Below are positions 25,011 to 38,889 of a DNA stretch of 41,441 nucleotides, piece after piece (the first letter of the stretch is position 1; every line of letters starts with the position of its first letter). Source of the DNA: Malacoraja senta (Eukaryota); the NCBI GenBank assembly GCA_038087875.1, contig JAXLNO010000585.1:1-41441 (forward strand), in the 5' to 3' direction. The notes under the pieces were generated by a model, which saw only the letters and a list, made by a program, of their open reading frames with translations, did not search any database and was not told the DNA's origin. Both the position numbers and the translations under genes were made by a program.

Positions 25011-25041
25011 CAATAGATTCTGAGAATAATGCCACCAAGAA

Positions 25042-27270
25042 TCGGAAGTGTCAGTGCTGCAGTTGAACAAAGGGGACCATGAGGGCATGAGAGAGGAGCT
25101 GGCCAAGGTAGACTGGAAAGGGATCCTGGCAGGAATGACGATGGAACAGCAATGGCATGAATTTCTGGGCATAATCCGGAAGACGCAGGATCATTTCATT
25201 CCAAAAAGGAAGAAAGATTCTAGGGGGAGTAGTAGGCAGCTGTGGCTGACAAGAGAAGTTAGGGATAGAATAAAACTAAAAGAAAAGACGTATAACACGG
25301 CAAAGAGTAGCCGGAAGCCAGAGGATTGGGAAACGTTCATAGGACAACAGAAGGAAACAAAACGGGCAATACGGGATGAAAATATGAAGTACGAGGGGGA
25401 GCTGGCCAGGAATATAAAGAAGGACAATAAAAGCTTCTTTAGATATGTTAAGGCGAAAAGAACAGCAAAGTCAAATGTGGATCCCTTGAAGGCAGGCACG
25501 GGTGAAATTATTATGGGCAACAAGGAAATGGCAGAAGAGTTGAACAGGTACTTCGGATCTGTCTTCACTAAGTAATACACAAACAATCTCCCAGATGTAC
25601 TGGAGGACAGAGGATCTAAGCGGGTAGAGGAACGGAAATACATTTTCATTAGGCGAGAAATAGTATTGGGTAGGCTAATGGGACTAGACGATGTTAATCC
25701 CCTGGGCCTAATGGTCTGCAACCGAGGGTCCTCAGGGAGGTGTATCTAGAAATAGTAGACGCTTTGACGATCATTTTCCAATGTTCAATAGATTCAGGGT
25801 CAGTTCCTGTGGATTGGAGGATAGCTAATGTAATCCCACTTGTCAAGAAAGGAGCGATAGAGAAAACGGGGAATTACGGACCATTTTGCCTGACCCGTGG
25901 TGGGAAAGATGCTGGAGTCAATTATTAAAGAGTTAATAATGGGGCATTTGGATAGCAGTAAAAGGATTAGTCCAAGTCAACATGGATTTATGAAAGGGAA
26001 ATCATGCTTGACTAATCTTCGGGAATTTTTTGAGGATGTGGCAAATAAAATGGATGAAGGGGAGCCAGTGGATGTAGTGTATCTAGACTTTCAGAAAGCC
26101 TTTGATAAGGTCCCGTGTGGGAGACTGGTGACTAAAATTAGAGCACATGGTATTGGGGGTAGGCTGTTAACATGGATAGAAAATTGGTTGGCAGACAGGA
26201 ATCAACACGAGCAGGAGTGAACGGATCCTTTTCAGAATGGAAGGCAGTGGCGAGTGGAGTGCCGCAAGGCTCGGTGTTGGGGTCGCAACTGTTTACCATA
26301 TACATATTAATGATTTGGAAGAGGGAATTAGGAGCAACACTAGCAAGTTTGCGGATGACACAAAGCTGTTTGGCAGTGTGAACTGTGAAGAGGATGCTAG
26401 GAGGTTGCAGGGTGACCTGGACTGGTTGAGTGAGTGGGCAGATGCGTGACAGACGCAGTATAATATGGAATAATGTGAGGTTATCCACCTTGGCGGCAAA
26501 AACAAGGAGGCAGATTATTATCTCAATGGGGTTAGGTTAGGGAAGGGGGAGGTGCAGCGAGACTTGGGTGTCCTTGTACACCGGTCACTGAAAGTTGGCG
26601 TGCAGGTACAGCAGGCAGTGAAGAAAGCTAATGGAATGTTGGCCTTCATAACAAGAGGGTTCCAGTATAGGAGTAAAGAGGTTCTTCTGCAATTGTATAG
26701 GGCTCTGGTGAGACCACATCTGGAGTATTGTGTACAGTATTGGTCTCCTAATTTGAGGTAGGGCATCCTTGTGATTGAGGCAGTGCAGCGTAGGTTCACG
26801 AGATATTTCCATGTGATGGCGGGAGTGTCATATGAGGAAAGATTGAAGACTAGGCTTATATTCACTGGAGTCTAGAAGGATGAGGGGATATCTTATAGAA
26901 ACATATAAAATTATAAAAGGACTAGACACGCTAGCTGCAGGAAAAATGTTCCCAATGTTGGGCGAGTCCAGAACCAGGTGGACACAATCTTAGAATAAAG
27001 GGGAGGCCATTTAAGACTGAGGTGAGAAAAAACTTTTCACCCAGAGAGTTGTGAATTTGTGGAATTCCCTGCCACAGAGGGCAGTGGAGGCCAAGTCACT
27101 GGATGGATTTAAGAGAGAGTTAGATAGAGCTCTAGGGGCTAGTGGCGTCAAGGGATATGGGGAGAAGGGAGGCACGGGTTATTGATTGGGAACGACCAGC
27201 CATGATCACAATGAATGGCGGTGCTGGCTCGAAGGGCCGAATGGCCTCCTCCTGCGCCTATTTTCTATGT
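25042..27270 (+). mobile_element. CR1-clade LINE, degraded
   Basis: ORF pieces [49 protein letters not shown] and the CR1 3' end. Confidence 0.92.
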
Positions 27271-27489
27271 AACAATAGGCTTGAGCAGGAGGTCAAATCT
27301 GCACCGCAGATGTTAAGGAGAACAGTACGCTAGCTGGCTTCTAAAAGGAAGCCGTATTATTGCATAGACAGGAACTGCAGACGCTGGTTTGGACCGAAGA
27401 TATGCAGAAGCGCTGGAGTAAATCAGGGAATCAGGAAGCATCTCTGGAGACAAAGGATCATAAGATCATAAGATCATGAGAGATAGACA

Positions 27490-29505
27490 ATGGACCATAG
27501 ACAATAGGTGCAGGAGGAGGCCATTCGGCCCTTCGAGCCAGCACCGCCATTCAATGTAATCATGGCTGATCATCCACAATCAGTACCCGTTCCTGCCTTC
27601 TCCCCATATCTCGTGACTCCGCTATCTTTAAAAGCCCTATCTAGCTCTCTCTTGAAAGTATCCAGAGAACCGGCCTCCACCCCCCCACCCCCCCGAGGCA
27701 TCGAATTCCACAGACTCACAACTCTCTGTGAGAAAAAGTGTTTCCTCATCTTCGTTCTAAATGGCTTACGCCTTATTCTTAAACCGTGGCCCCTGTTCTG
27801 GACTCCCTCAACACCGAGATCATGTTTCCTGCCTCTTGCGTGTTGATCGAGTATACAAGCCCAGTCGCTCCATTCTCTCAGATTACGACAGTCCCGCCAT
27901 CCGGGAATTAACCGTGTGAATCTACGATGGAATCCATCAAGAATGTCCTTCCTCAAATCTGAGACCAAAACTGACACAAAACTGGACACAAACTCCAGGT
28001 CCCCCCCCCCCCCCCCCCCCCCTCCCAGGTGTCCCGTCCCCCCCTCCCCCTGGCCCCCTGTACAACTGCAGAAGGACCTCTTTGCTCATATACTCAATTC
28101 CTCTTGTTATGAAGGCTGACATGCCATTCGCTTTCTTCACTGCCTGCTGTACCCGCATGCTTACTTTCGTTGACTGATGAACAAGGATCCTCCAGATCCC
28201 GTTGTACTTCCCCTTTTCCCAACTTGACGTCATTTAGATAATCATCTGCCTTCATGTTTTTGCTACCAAAGTGGATAACCTCACATTTATCGACATTAAA
28301 CTGCTTCTGCCAAGCATCTGTCCACTCACCCAACCTGTCCAAGTCACCCTGCATTCTCATAACATCTTCCTCACAGTTCACACTGCCTCCCAGCTTTGTG
28401 TCATCTGCAAATTTCCTAATGTTACATTGAATCCTTTCATCTAAATCATTGATGTATATTGTAAATAGCTGCGGTCCCAGCACCGAGTCTTGCCGTACCC
28501 CACTAGACACTGTCTGCCATTCTGAAAGGGACCCGTTAATCCCCACTCTTTGTTTCCTGTCTGCCAACCAATTTTCTATCCATGTCAGCACCCTACCCCC
28601 AATACCAGGCGCTCGAATTTTGCCCACTAATCTGCTATGTGGGATCATATCAAATGCTTTCTGAAAGTCCAGGTACACTACATCCACTTGTCCATTTCCG
28701 AGTTACATCGTCAATAAAATTCCAGAAGATCAGTCAAGCATGACTTCCCCTTTGTAAATCAATGCTGACTTGGACCGATCCTGTTACTGCTATCCAAATA
28801 TTCCACTATTTCATCTTTTATGATTGGCTCCAGCATCTTCCCCACCACCGATGTCAGGCAAACTGATCAATAATTCCCTGTTTTCTCTTTCCCGCCTTTC
28901 TTAAAAAGTGGGATAACATTAGCTACCCTCCAATCCACAGGAACTGATCCTGAATCTAAAGAACATTGGAAAATGATCACCAATGCGTTTCAAGAGTCAC
29001 TTCCCTAAGCATCCTGGGATACAGACCACCAGGCCTTGGGGGTCTATCAGCCTTCAGTCCCATCGGTCTACCCAACATCATTTCCTACCTTCAGTTCCTC
29101 CGCTGCCCCAGATCCTCTGGCCAGGAAGGTTGTTCCAGTCCACCTTAGTGAAGACGGATCCAAAGTACCTGTCCAACTTATCTGCCATTTCCTTGTTCCA
29201 CATAATAAATTCACCTGTTTCAGTCATAGAAACATAGAAACATAGAAAATAGGTGCAGGAGTAGGCCATTCGGCCCTTCGAGCCTGCACCGCCATTCAAT
29301 ATACTGTCCCTGACGTCCCTTGTCAGCCACGGTAGCCCATTACTCCCCTTGGAATCTTTCATCCTCTTTGAAATGAACTGATCCTGCACCTTCTGTATTT
29401 TGCACAGAAATACGTACAATTGTTGTTCCACTGTCATCCCTGCTAGGGTATCTTTCCAGTCAACTTTGGCCAGCTCCTCCCTCATGAATCCATAGTCCCC
29501 TTTAT
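27490..29505 (-). mobile_element. CR1-clade LINE, degraded, with a nested short CR1 3'-end fragment at ~29225-29300
   Basis: ORF 28094-28687 has [16 protein letters not shown] and FADDTKL; 3' end near 27490; poly-C disruption near 28000. Confidence 0.9.
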
Positions 29506-30066
29506 TGAGGGACATGTGTAGCGATAGTTTTTATCTTTAACGCAGAGCGTGGTGGGTGCCTGCAACGCGCTGCCAGTATTGGAGGCAGATGGGTTAGTGG
29601 CGTTTAAGAGGCTTTTCGATAGCCACACAAATATGCAGGGAATGAAAGGATATGGATCAGGCAGCACGGTAGCGCAACGATAAAGTTGTTGGTTTGCAGC
29701 GCCAGAGATCCAGATTCGATCCTGACTGCGGGCGCTGTCTGTACGGAGTTTGTACGTACTCCCCCATGACCGCGTGGGATTTCCCCGAGTGCTCCGGTTT
29801 CCTTCCACACTCCAGAGACGTACAGATTTGTAGGTTAATTAGGTTTAAAACATATATTGTCCCTAGTGTGTGTAGGATAATGTTAGTCTAACGGGGATTG
29901 GTGATCGGCGCGGACGCGGTGGGCCGAAGGGCCTGTTCCTGCGCTGTGGGACACCATCCCTGGCATCGTGTTCCAGGTACTACCCACTGTCTGTGTAACG
30001 AAACTAGTCCTGCACATCTCGATTGAGCTATGCCTATTCCATCGTAGAGCTATGCTCTAATCTTTG

Positions 30067-30760
<694 letters not shown>

Positions 30761-31900
30761 GATGATCAGCCATGATGACATCGAATGGCGGTGCTGGCTC
30801 AAAGGGCCGAATGGCCTACTCCTGCAGCTATTGTCTATTGTCTATTGTCTATTATCTCTTGCTCTCATGCTCTCTCGCTCTCTCTTGGCATTCCCGGAAT
30901 CATTTGGCGTTTTGCAAAGACAACTGCATCATCAGTTCCTTCCTATTGAAGAAGAATCCTGGCCCGAAACAACTCCTAATCCATTCCCTCCACAGATGCC
31001 GCTCAATGTTTTCTCTCAATGTGTGGAGAATATTTAACTGCCATTCTGAGTCTCAAACGATATTTTAGGCTGTGGGAACGTGGAATCTTTAGCAACCGAC
31101 AGCTAAGGACACTGAGGAAACTGATCGAGTAAGCATGGTATATGTCCGGGTGCTTGCTCCATCGTCTGGTATCCAACCATTGTCTCCTTTTGTGTATCTC
31201 CGTTCTGTTTGGGTCATTAGGACTGGGTTCTTCGATCGACCATAAATAAATTGATGGAAGTGTATTAAAGTCAAAGAATTACATTGTTCACAGGAAAATA
31301 ATGAAATGAATTAGGATTATTATGCTGTAATGCAACAGTGAAAGACTGTATAGAGCGTCTACAGGCAGCAGTTTGACTCATACCACTTTGAAGACGCATT
31401 ACTACTTCCACGCATTACCTCAAGTAACACCCTTGCATCCCCTCTCTCTCCACCCCCCACCAAGTCGTTGTACTAGCTTCAACTTCGTCTTGTTGAGTCT
31501 CATTGACTGTAATTCGTTTCCACCTAGATCACAGCTAACAATGAATGGCCTGATTACTTTATTATCGTAACTTTTTTTGCGTACAGTTCATTCATTGTTC
31601 TTTATCTCTCGATATCACCGTGTATATCTCTCGTTTCCCTTTCCCCTGACTCTCAGTCTGGACAATGGTCTCGGCCTTCTGGGTAAAGCGTGTGGGGTCG
31701 AGACACTTCTTCAGAGGAAGATGAAGACTGAAGAAGGGCCTCGATCCGAAATGTAACCAATTCCTTCTCTCCAGATATTCTGCCTGTCCCACTGAGTTGC
31801 TCCAGCATTTTGTGTCTATCATCGGTTTAACCCAGCATCTGCAGTTCCTTCCAACGCAACCCATAACAATAACTTGTGTTTGCCTCTGCATTCAACACAG

Positions 31901-32436
31901 TTAACATCGTGGCTATTGTGATCCTGTCGCGGGGGAAGTGTGGTCTTTCTAGGTGCATCACCCATTACCTCGTGGCCATGGCGGCGTCCGATCTTACCGT
32001 GGTCATCACTGGCGTTCTACTCCATCGCATCACGGGTATTTACTTCCCCGGGAGTTACCTGTCGCTCACCTGGGTCTGTCGGATAAAGACCCCGATGGTC
32101 TATGCATCCAGAGACACGTCGGTCTGGTTGACCGTTGCCTTCACCTTCGATCGTTTTGTCGCCATCTGCTGTCAGAACCTGAAAACCAAATACTGCACCA
32201 AAAGAATTTCAGCTAATATTGTGGGCACCGTGGCAGAGTTGGGCTGTTTGAAAAACATCCCCTGGTATTTTTTCTACGACCCTCTTTATTTCAGCAACAA
32301 CCTGCCCTGGTACTGCCGTGGGAGATCAGATTTTCACAACTCACCCTTCTGGCAAGCTTTTACAGACCTCGACTGCATCATCTCGCCGTTACAAAGTGCT
32401 GGAGTAACTCATTGGGTCAGGCAGCATCTCTGGTGA
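31901..32436 (+). pseudogene. GPR139/GPR142-like class A GPCR, exon 2, truncated at the start of TM5
   Basis: Acceptor TTCAACACAG|TTAAC (phase 1); NIVAIVILSRGKCGLSRCITHYLVAMAASDL...SVWLTVAFTFDRFVAICCQNLKTKYCT...NIPWYF...PWYC matches the expanded chondrichthyan GPR139-like family. Homology stops at ~32391 where Penelope-derived sequence begins; TGA at 32434. TM5-7 and a cognate exon 1 were not found. Confidence 0.85.
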
Positions 32437-32745
32437 ACGTGGATTGGTACGAAGTGCTGGAGTAACTCAGCGGGTCAGGCAGCATTTCTGCAGCACGCGG
32501 ATCGGTGACACTCTGGGGCTGCAGTGGCGGGCACATTAGTTATCTGGTGGAACTAAGCGGGCATCTGTGGACGGAATGGACAGAAGACATTTCGGATCGG
32601 GATCCTTGTTCAGACTGAAGATAGACACAAAATGCTGGAGTAACTCAACGGGATAGGCAGCATCTCTGGAGAGAATGAATGGGTGACGTTTCGGGTCGAG
32701 ACCCTTCTTCAGTCAGCATCTGCAGTTATTTCCTGTACATTATTC
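32392..32745 (-). mobile_element. Tandem Penelope-like terminal fragments truncating the GPCR exon
   Basis: Three to four copies of GCTGGAGTAACTCA..GGCAGCATCTCTG; the last carries an intact hammerhead motif. Confidence 0.75.
32684..32712 (-). ncRNA. Minimal (Penelope-type) hammerhead ribozyme motif
   Basis: Minus strand CTGAAGA-A-GGGTC-TC-GACCC-GAAA-CGTC-A: CUGANGA core, stem II, GAAA, very short stem III region ACGU and GUC cleavage triplet. Confidence 0.65.
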
Positions 32746-34783
32746 AGACTGATGGAGTGAGGGGAGCTCAAAATGAGTGACGCAGAGGAGCAAACCCCTG
32801 GCAAGTGACAGGTGGTACAAACGTCGACGTAGCAGAGTAATGGTGCCGGGGTATGCTCGGAGATCAAGTCAGATAGTAATACAGCGTGGAAACAGGCCCT
32901 AGGGCCCAACGTGCCCGCATCAACCAACATGTCCCATCTGCCTGCATTTGGCCCATAATCCTCCAAATCTGTCCTATTCATGTACATGTCTAATTGATTC
33001 TTAGACGTTGCGATAGTCCCTGACTCAACGACCTCCTCCGGCAGCTCGTTCCATACACCCACCATACTGTGTGTGAAAACATCTGCGGAGTTCTCTCCCA
33101 GAGAAGGCAGTAGAGGCCGAATCAGTGGATATATTCAAGAGAGAGATTTAGCTCTTAGAGCTAACGGTATCAAGAGATATGGGGAAAGCAGGAACGGGGT
33201 ACTTATTTTGGATGAGCAACCATGTTCATATTGAATGGTGGTGCTGGCTCGAAGATCCGAATAGCCTACTGATGCAACTTTTTTCTATGTTTCTATGTTT
33301 CGATGTGATCCCTCAGATTCTTAATAAACCATTTGGGGAATAATAATAAACGAAAATCCAGGCATAGGTGCGATCTAAGCGAATGCCTATGGCTGCACAT
33401 TTGAATTGAAAAAAGTGACAGAAGTTTAAAGAAAAGTTAATAAGGACGAAGACAAGTGCCGCCAGAGATGTTAGTTGAGAGGAACTAATTGGTTATCTGT
33501 ATGGAATGGGCAACATGCACGGATTTTTTAGATGTGTTTAGAATGTTCTCAGCTGCTAACATTCCGTGCAAGAGAGTTATATGATTCCACAATCAACTAA
33601 ATAAAATAATAACACATTGAGGGCGGCATTGTGGCGCACCGGTACAGTTGCTGCGGCAGAGCGCCAGAGAACCGGGATGGATCCTGACTACGGGTCATTG
33701 TCTATACGGAGTTTGTACGTTCTCCCCTTGATCTGCGCGTGTGATCTCCGAGATCTCTGGTTTCCTCCCACACTCCAAAGAAGGACAGGTTTACAGGTTA
33801 ATTGGCGTCGGTATAAATGTCAACATTGTCCCTCGTGTGTATAGGTTAGTGCTCGTGAGCGGGGATCGCTGGTCGGTGCGGACACGGTGGGCCGAAACGC
33901 CTGTTTCCGCGCAGTCTATCTAAACTAACCCAAGCTAAACTAAGCTAAACTAAACTAAACTAAACTATACGTTTCTTTACTTTGACTGGATCGCTGTGTT
34001 CCTCTAATTCTGATAATTTATCCGTTCTGTTGACCATCTCCACTTAAAGTTCTCAATGGGACCATTCTTATCATGTTATCTTCATATGGACTGATGGGTA
34101 ATGTTGTGACCGCTGGGAGAGCTGCTGATCAATCGTGAACCGGTCCCCTCCCGTCGCCGCTTAGGTACGTGACAAATTAATCATTTAATGTTTGCCATAA
34201 AGTCATTGATCACGGAAACTGACCCCTCGCCCAAGTTACACATGCCGACCATGCTGCTGCATGTACACGAGCGCCACCTGCCCGTGTTTGGTCCATATCC
34301 ATCCAAACCGTTCCTGTCAATATATCTGTCCAAATGTGTGGGAAGGAATTGCAGATGCAGGTTTAAACGGTACCCGAACGGGGCGTCGAAGTACGAGAAG
34401 CCGAAGCGAAGAAGTGGAAGCCAAGATACCGAACGGAATAAACGCCGAAAAGCCAAATAACCGAACGGACGCGACGCCGAAAAGCAAAATAACCGAAGGG
34501 ATGCAGCGCCGAAAAGCGAAATAACCGAACGGGCGAAACGCCGAAAAACCAAATAACCTAACGGACGCGACGCCGAAAAGCCAACTAACCGAACACGTCG
34601 GGAGACAAATAATGGACATGACGTCCGAGACCTTCTCAGCGATTGGTGCAGACCCCCGCGTCCATCACATCACTGTCCAGGGGAGACGGGAGGGTGGGGG
34701 GTGGGGTTTAATTTCCCTTCGCCGCTTTTAGACCGCCAAAGATCACAGAGCGGATTATTTTTGTAAGCGTTGATCTACCACGG

Positions 34784-34946
<163 letters not shown>

Positions 34947-35169
34947 CATCGCCCGCCTGCCTGGCTGCCTGCCTGCCTGCCTGCCTGCGTTTGCAAAGAC
35001 AACTGCATCACTAGTTCCTTCCTATTGAAGAAGAATCCTGGCCCGAAACAACTCCTAACCCATTCCCTCCACAGATGCCGTCTAGCCCGCGGAGTTCCTC
35101 CAGCATCCTGTGTTTGTTATTTTACTCTGCCTTCTATTTGAACTTACCTACCTGCAGCAGTTGCCACGT

Positions 35170-35860
35170 GACATCCGCCGACATCCGCACGGTGGAGAGT
35201 TTTGAAGATCGGCTCAGACTAGCGATGCGCGCCCACGAGCGGTGGCTGTCCCACCAGGGACTGGAGTACCTGGAACGGCTGGAGTCGCTGGACCGGATTG
35301 ATTCAACGCCCTGGAAGGCCCAGCAACCAGGACCACGCTCACAAGAGGCCCACGCCCCACGAGAGCCACAACCCAGACAGGTGGCACAGGAGAGAAGGAT
35401 GTGGTGATTTTACCAACAACGCTGGGGGGCAGCGGGCATTGTCGCCAACCGTATCCGTTCAGGGAAACTCCAGAGCCGGCCGCCGGTAGGCACCGCGGTG
35501 GCCGGCGAAATCCATCGTTTGTAAGCCTGGGTCCGGCGCTCGGGACGTAGGTTCCTGGTGGACACTGGAGCAGAGGTTAGGGTTTTTGCCTCCTTCTTGA
35601 CCACCGGTTCGTCCCAGCGGCGGCTAAGGTCATACGGCCGCTGTTCCAACTGGCAAGCAGCGGAAGGTCCATTTGGACACCGTCGTTGCGTTCGAAGGGC
35701 AAAGGATGCCCTGGCTGGGGCGGTTATGCTGGTGCACCCGCGAACAGGCGCCCCCACAGCTCTTACCGTGGATGCCTCGGACTCCGCAGTCGGCGGGGTC
35801 CTGGAGCAGTGTTTCGACGGTCAATGGCGGCCTCTCGCCTTCTTCATCTGACAGCTGAAC
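35170..35860 (+). mobile_element. Gypsy LTR-retrotransposon internal remnant (gag end, protease, RNase H; RT deleted)
   Basis: Protease FLVDTGAEV (~35552) lies about 200 nt from RNase H TALTVDASDSAVGGVLEQCFDGQWRPLAFF; a degenerate gag-like FHQRWG-type segment is at ~35410. Confidence 0.8.
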
Positions 35861-38299
35861 CCAGTGGAGTAACTCAGCGGGGCAGGAAGCATCTATGAAT
35901 AGAAGGAATGGGTCACGTTGCGTGCGGGTACAGACCGTCCTTCAGAAAATCACATGATACAATACATGATACAAATACATGATATGCACCAGTTAATTAA
36001 CCATGTAAAAATGTATATAATGTATTGCATGTATAAATCGTTCTTACATAGGTGACTGGGCAGTCTGAACCCAAGCACCAAGTTGAAAGCGGCCGAACGT
36101 GTGCATCCCTCGGGACAGCCTCCACTCTCCCACGGCCACACTCCGCGGGCTGCGGGTCGGGTGGAGCGGAGGTTTGGGACACTGTTCATGCCTTCACAGC
36201 GATGTGATGGACGTGGGGGTCTGGACCAATCGCTGACAAGTCCCGTCCCCCGGCAATGTCAAGTCCGTTATTGGACGTTTCTGTTGAGCGGCAGTTGGTC
36301 CTTTGGCTTGTAGGCGCCGCCGCCTTTCGGGTAGTTGGCGTTTCGACAGAGCGGCCATTCGGTAAGTTCGCTTTTAGGCGACGCAGCCTTTCGGTTCGCT
36401 GGCTTTTAGGCGTCCCTTTCGGTTAGTTTGCATTTAGGCGTCCCATCCTTTCGGTTACTAGGCGTTTCGTCTTCGGACTATTTCGGTTCATTGGCATTTC
36501 GGCTAGTTTCTATTCGGTTCTTTGGCTTCGACTTCTTTGCTTCGGCTTCCTGTCTGTCGGCGCCACGTCCGGGTACCCACAGAATACTCTCCAGCAACTT
36601 ACCAACTACAGATGTTAAGCTTACGGGCCTATAGTTCCCCGTATTTTCCCTACAGCCCTTCTTGAAAAGAGGCACAGCATTGGCCATCCAGTCCTTACGT
36701 GCTTCTTCTGACTGTCCTGGTAGACCCATTGTTTCAGCGTGTTCATGCCACACTGAATTAATTTCCACATATCTGGACTTAATCCTATCCCCCTGGTCCA
36801 ATCCAAGACACCTCACACGCTCTTCGTCAATTTGTTTCCCACGGGCAAGTGGCTGCGATGCGGTATATTGCTGATTTTAGAAGAGGAAGGCCGAGAATCG
36901 ATTAACCTGTCTTCATCGACGGTTCTATGGTGGATAGAGTCAACAACTTTATGTTCCTTGCCGTGCATCGAAAGCCCAGGAATGTAGGAGATTAAAAAAC
37001 GTGGTGGCCATCGACCGGTCCTATCCATCACCTGAACTATCCACCATCTAATGGATCTGCAAGAGACAGTGTCACGAAATGGCAACCAGCAATCATCTGG
37101 AACCCTCACCACCCTGTGCATGGTCTTGTTTCCTTCCAAACTCCGAGAAAGAATATCGGAGTCTGCAAACTGTGCTAACCTCAGTTTCAGGAACAGTTTC
37201 TTTCCATAACAACCGGGCTCTTGACCACCACAAACACCGACTAAACTATGAACTACAAAAAGTGTTGCTTGTGCTTGAGACGTCCAGCTTTGGATTTGCT
37301 CAAATATTGATTATTTTAGTTTATTGAACTTTCTTTTGTTCTTTGTGTTATCTGTGTGCGCTGTCTTCACCGATGTGTTACGCTGTTACAAGAAACAAAT
37401 ATTGTTGAGTTCTCTGTACAAATGACACTTAAACACTCCTGACTCTTGAGATTGGAGAACGTGACATCTTCCCTACAGCCATGGACGTTGAGAAGTCACC
37501 TGAAAGAAATGTATCAGGATACGAGGGACGGAGAGCAGAGATCGACTTTTTTGTCCATGGTCGGAATATCGTCTTCAACAGGACATCGGTTTAAGGTAAG
37601 AGGACAATATTTTAAAAGCGATCTGATGGATGCCTTTATTACAGAATAGTTGGCTGGACCCCAAATCCCTTATATAAATATAACTCATGGTGCCTGTCCG
37701 TTTGTCTAATTTTCTAATGCCTGTCCTCCATATCAAGATGTCAGATTAAATGATTCAAGGTTCCCGACATTCCACTTCCATGCTCACGTCAATGGAAACG
37801 ATTAATCTGAACAATCCGATTTCAGATTACTGCTCGCGATTATTGAGATTGCGGAGAGATGGTGCGGATTCTATCAGCCCTGTAGATTGCTCACCGGCAC
37901 TAACAGTCCACTCGACAGAACATAAATAATGGTTATCATCACCCATGATGACTGGGACCCTTTCCGTGAGGCACTTTGTGCCCGGACACAAAAGAGTTAA
38001 CAGTAGTTGTTTGTTCAGTGAGTGTAATTAAAGTCAGTCCGCACGGAGCCCGGTTGTGTCACCGGAGGTTTCCCAGTTCCAATAAAAACGATCCCTGTTG
38101 ATAGGATATGAGAGTGTCAGGGAGAGCATCCCGCCCGTCACCGACACAGAGCAACAGCTCCACAGACGGAGAAAACCATTCGGAATCTGTGAACAATAAA
38201 GTGGGATGTTAGATGGATGTTTAGGAATCCGAGAATATTAGAGAGTGAAGTGATTGTCACCGAGTGCAATCGAGGAACAGTGAGTGCGGTGTTACACAA

Positions 38300-38474
38300 A
38301 TGGATCGGTCTCTGAAAACGGTAGACTGGGATGTTACCGCGATGGAGAAGAGTATCTTCTATTCGGCAGATGATATATTTGCGTCTGGATACAGCTTAAG
38401 TCTTCGGATCTATTTGATAATCATAAATATTCAGCTTGTCATTTATCCCATCCTAGCTCTTGTTGCTATTCCAG
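38300..38474 (+). CDS. GPR139-like GPCR, exon 1 (N-terminus plus start of TM1) of a second tandem gene; exon 2 not seen in the window
   Basis: MDRSLKTVDWDVTAMEKSIFYS...LSLRIYLIIINIQLVIYPILALVAIP plus 1 nt, consensus donor CCAG|GTAAGT. Phase 1 is compatible with the exon-2 type at 31901; the YPILxxxxIP end is characteristic of this family. Confidence 0.8.
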
Positions 38475-38889
38475 GTAAGTCTCTGTCTACATTCCCGAGC
38501 AACAACAGGTGAGAAGCGGTGGTTACGGGATCCGGTATAAATGTCTGTAGCTCGGACAATTAATGATGTGTTCTATTTAAGGAATCTTCGACTGAGTAAT
38601 GGGTAATGTGCTGATGCTGTCTGATTGTGGAGATCAGACGTTTCACGCTATTCATCACCGTGTTGCTTAACCTTTATACTTTGTATTTTTACATTGCTAC
38701 CATGTCCACAGTTAATGTTATTAAAACGGGAAACAATCGTTAACGCTTTTCAAGTTGCTGTAATTCATTCTCCTGCTGTAATTCACTGCTGCCGTGCGCC
38801 TGGCGATCTATATGCAGCTGTCGAAACTGTCCGCTGCAAATAATAAACTGATTTTATAGGAGTTTTACATGTTTTACATGTTTTACTGG

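Noticed and set aside
31134..31205. Plus-strand MVYVRVLA / IVWYPTIVSFCVSP as exon 1 of the GPR139-like fragment
   Set aside because: Needs a frameshift, has no GT donor at the expected position, and the same DNA reads as cadherin-like on the other strand; unresolved, not called.
34420..34600. Regularly spaced repeats resembling a CRISPR array
   Set aside because: Eukaryotic context, degenerate tandem units without unique spacers, no cas genes.
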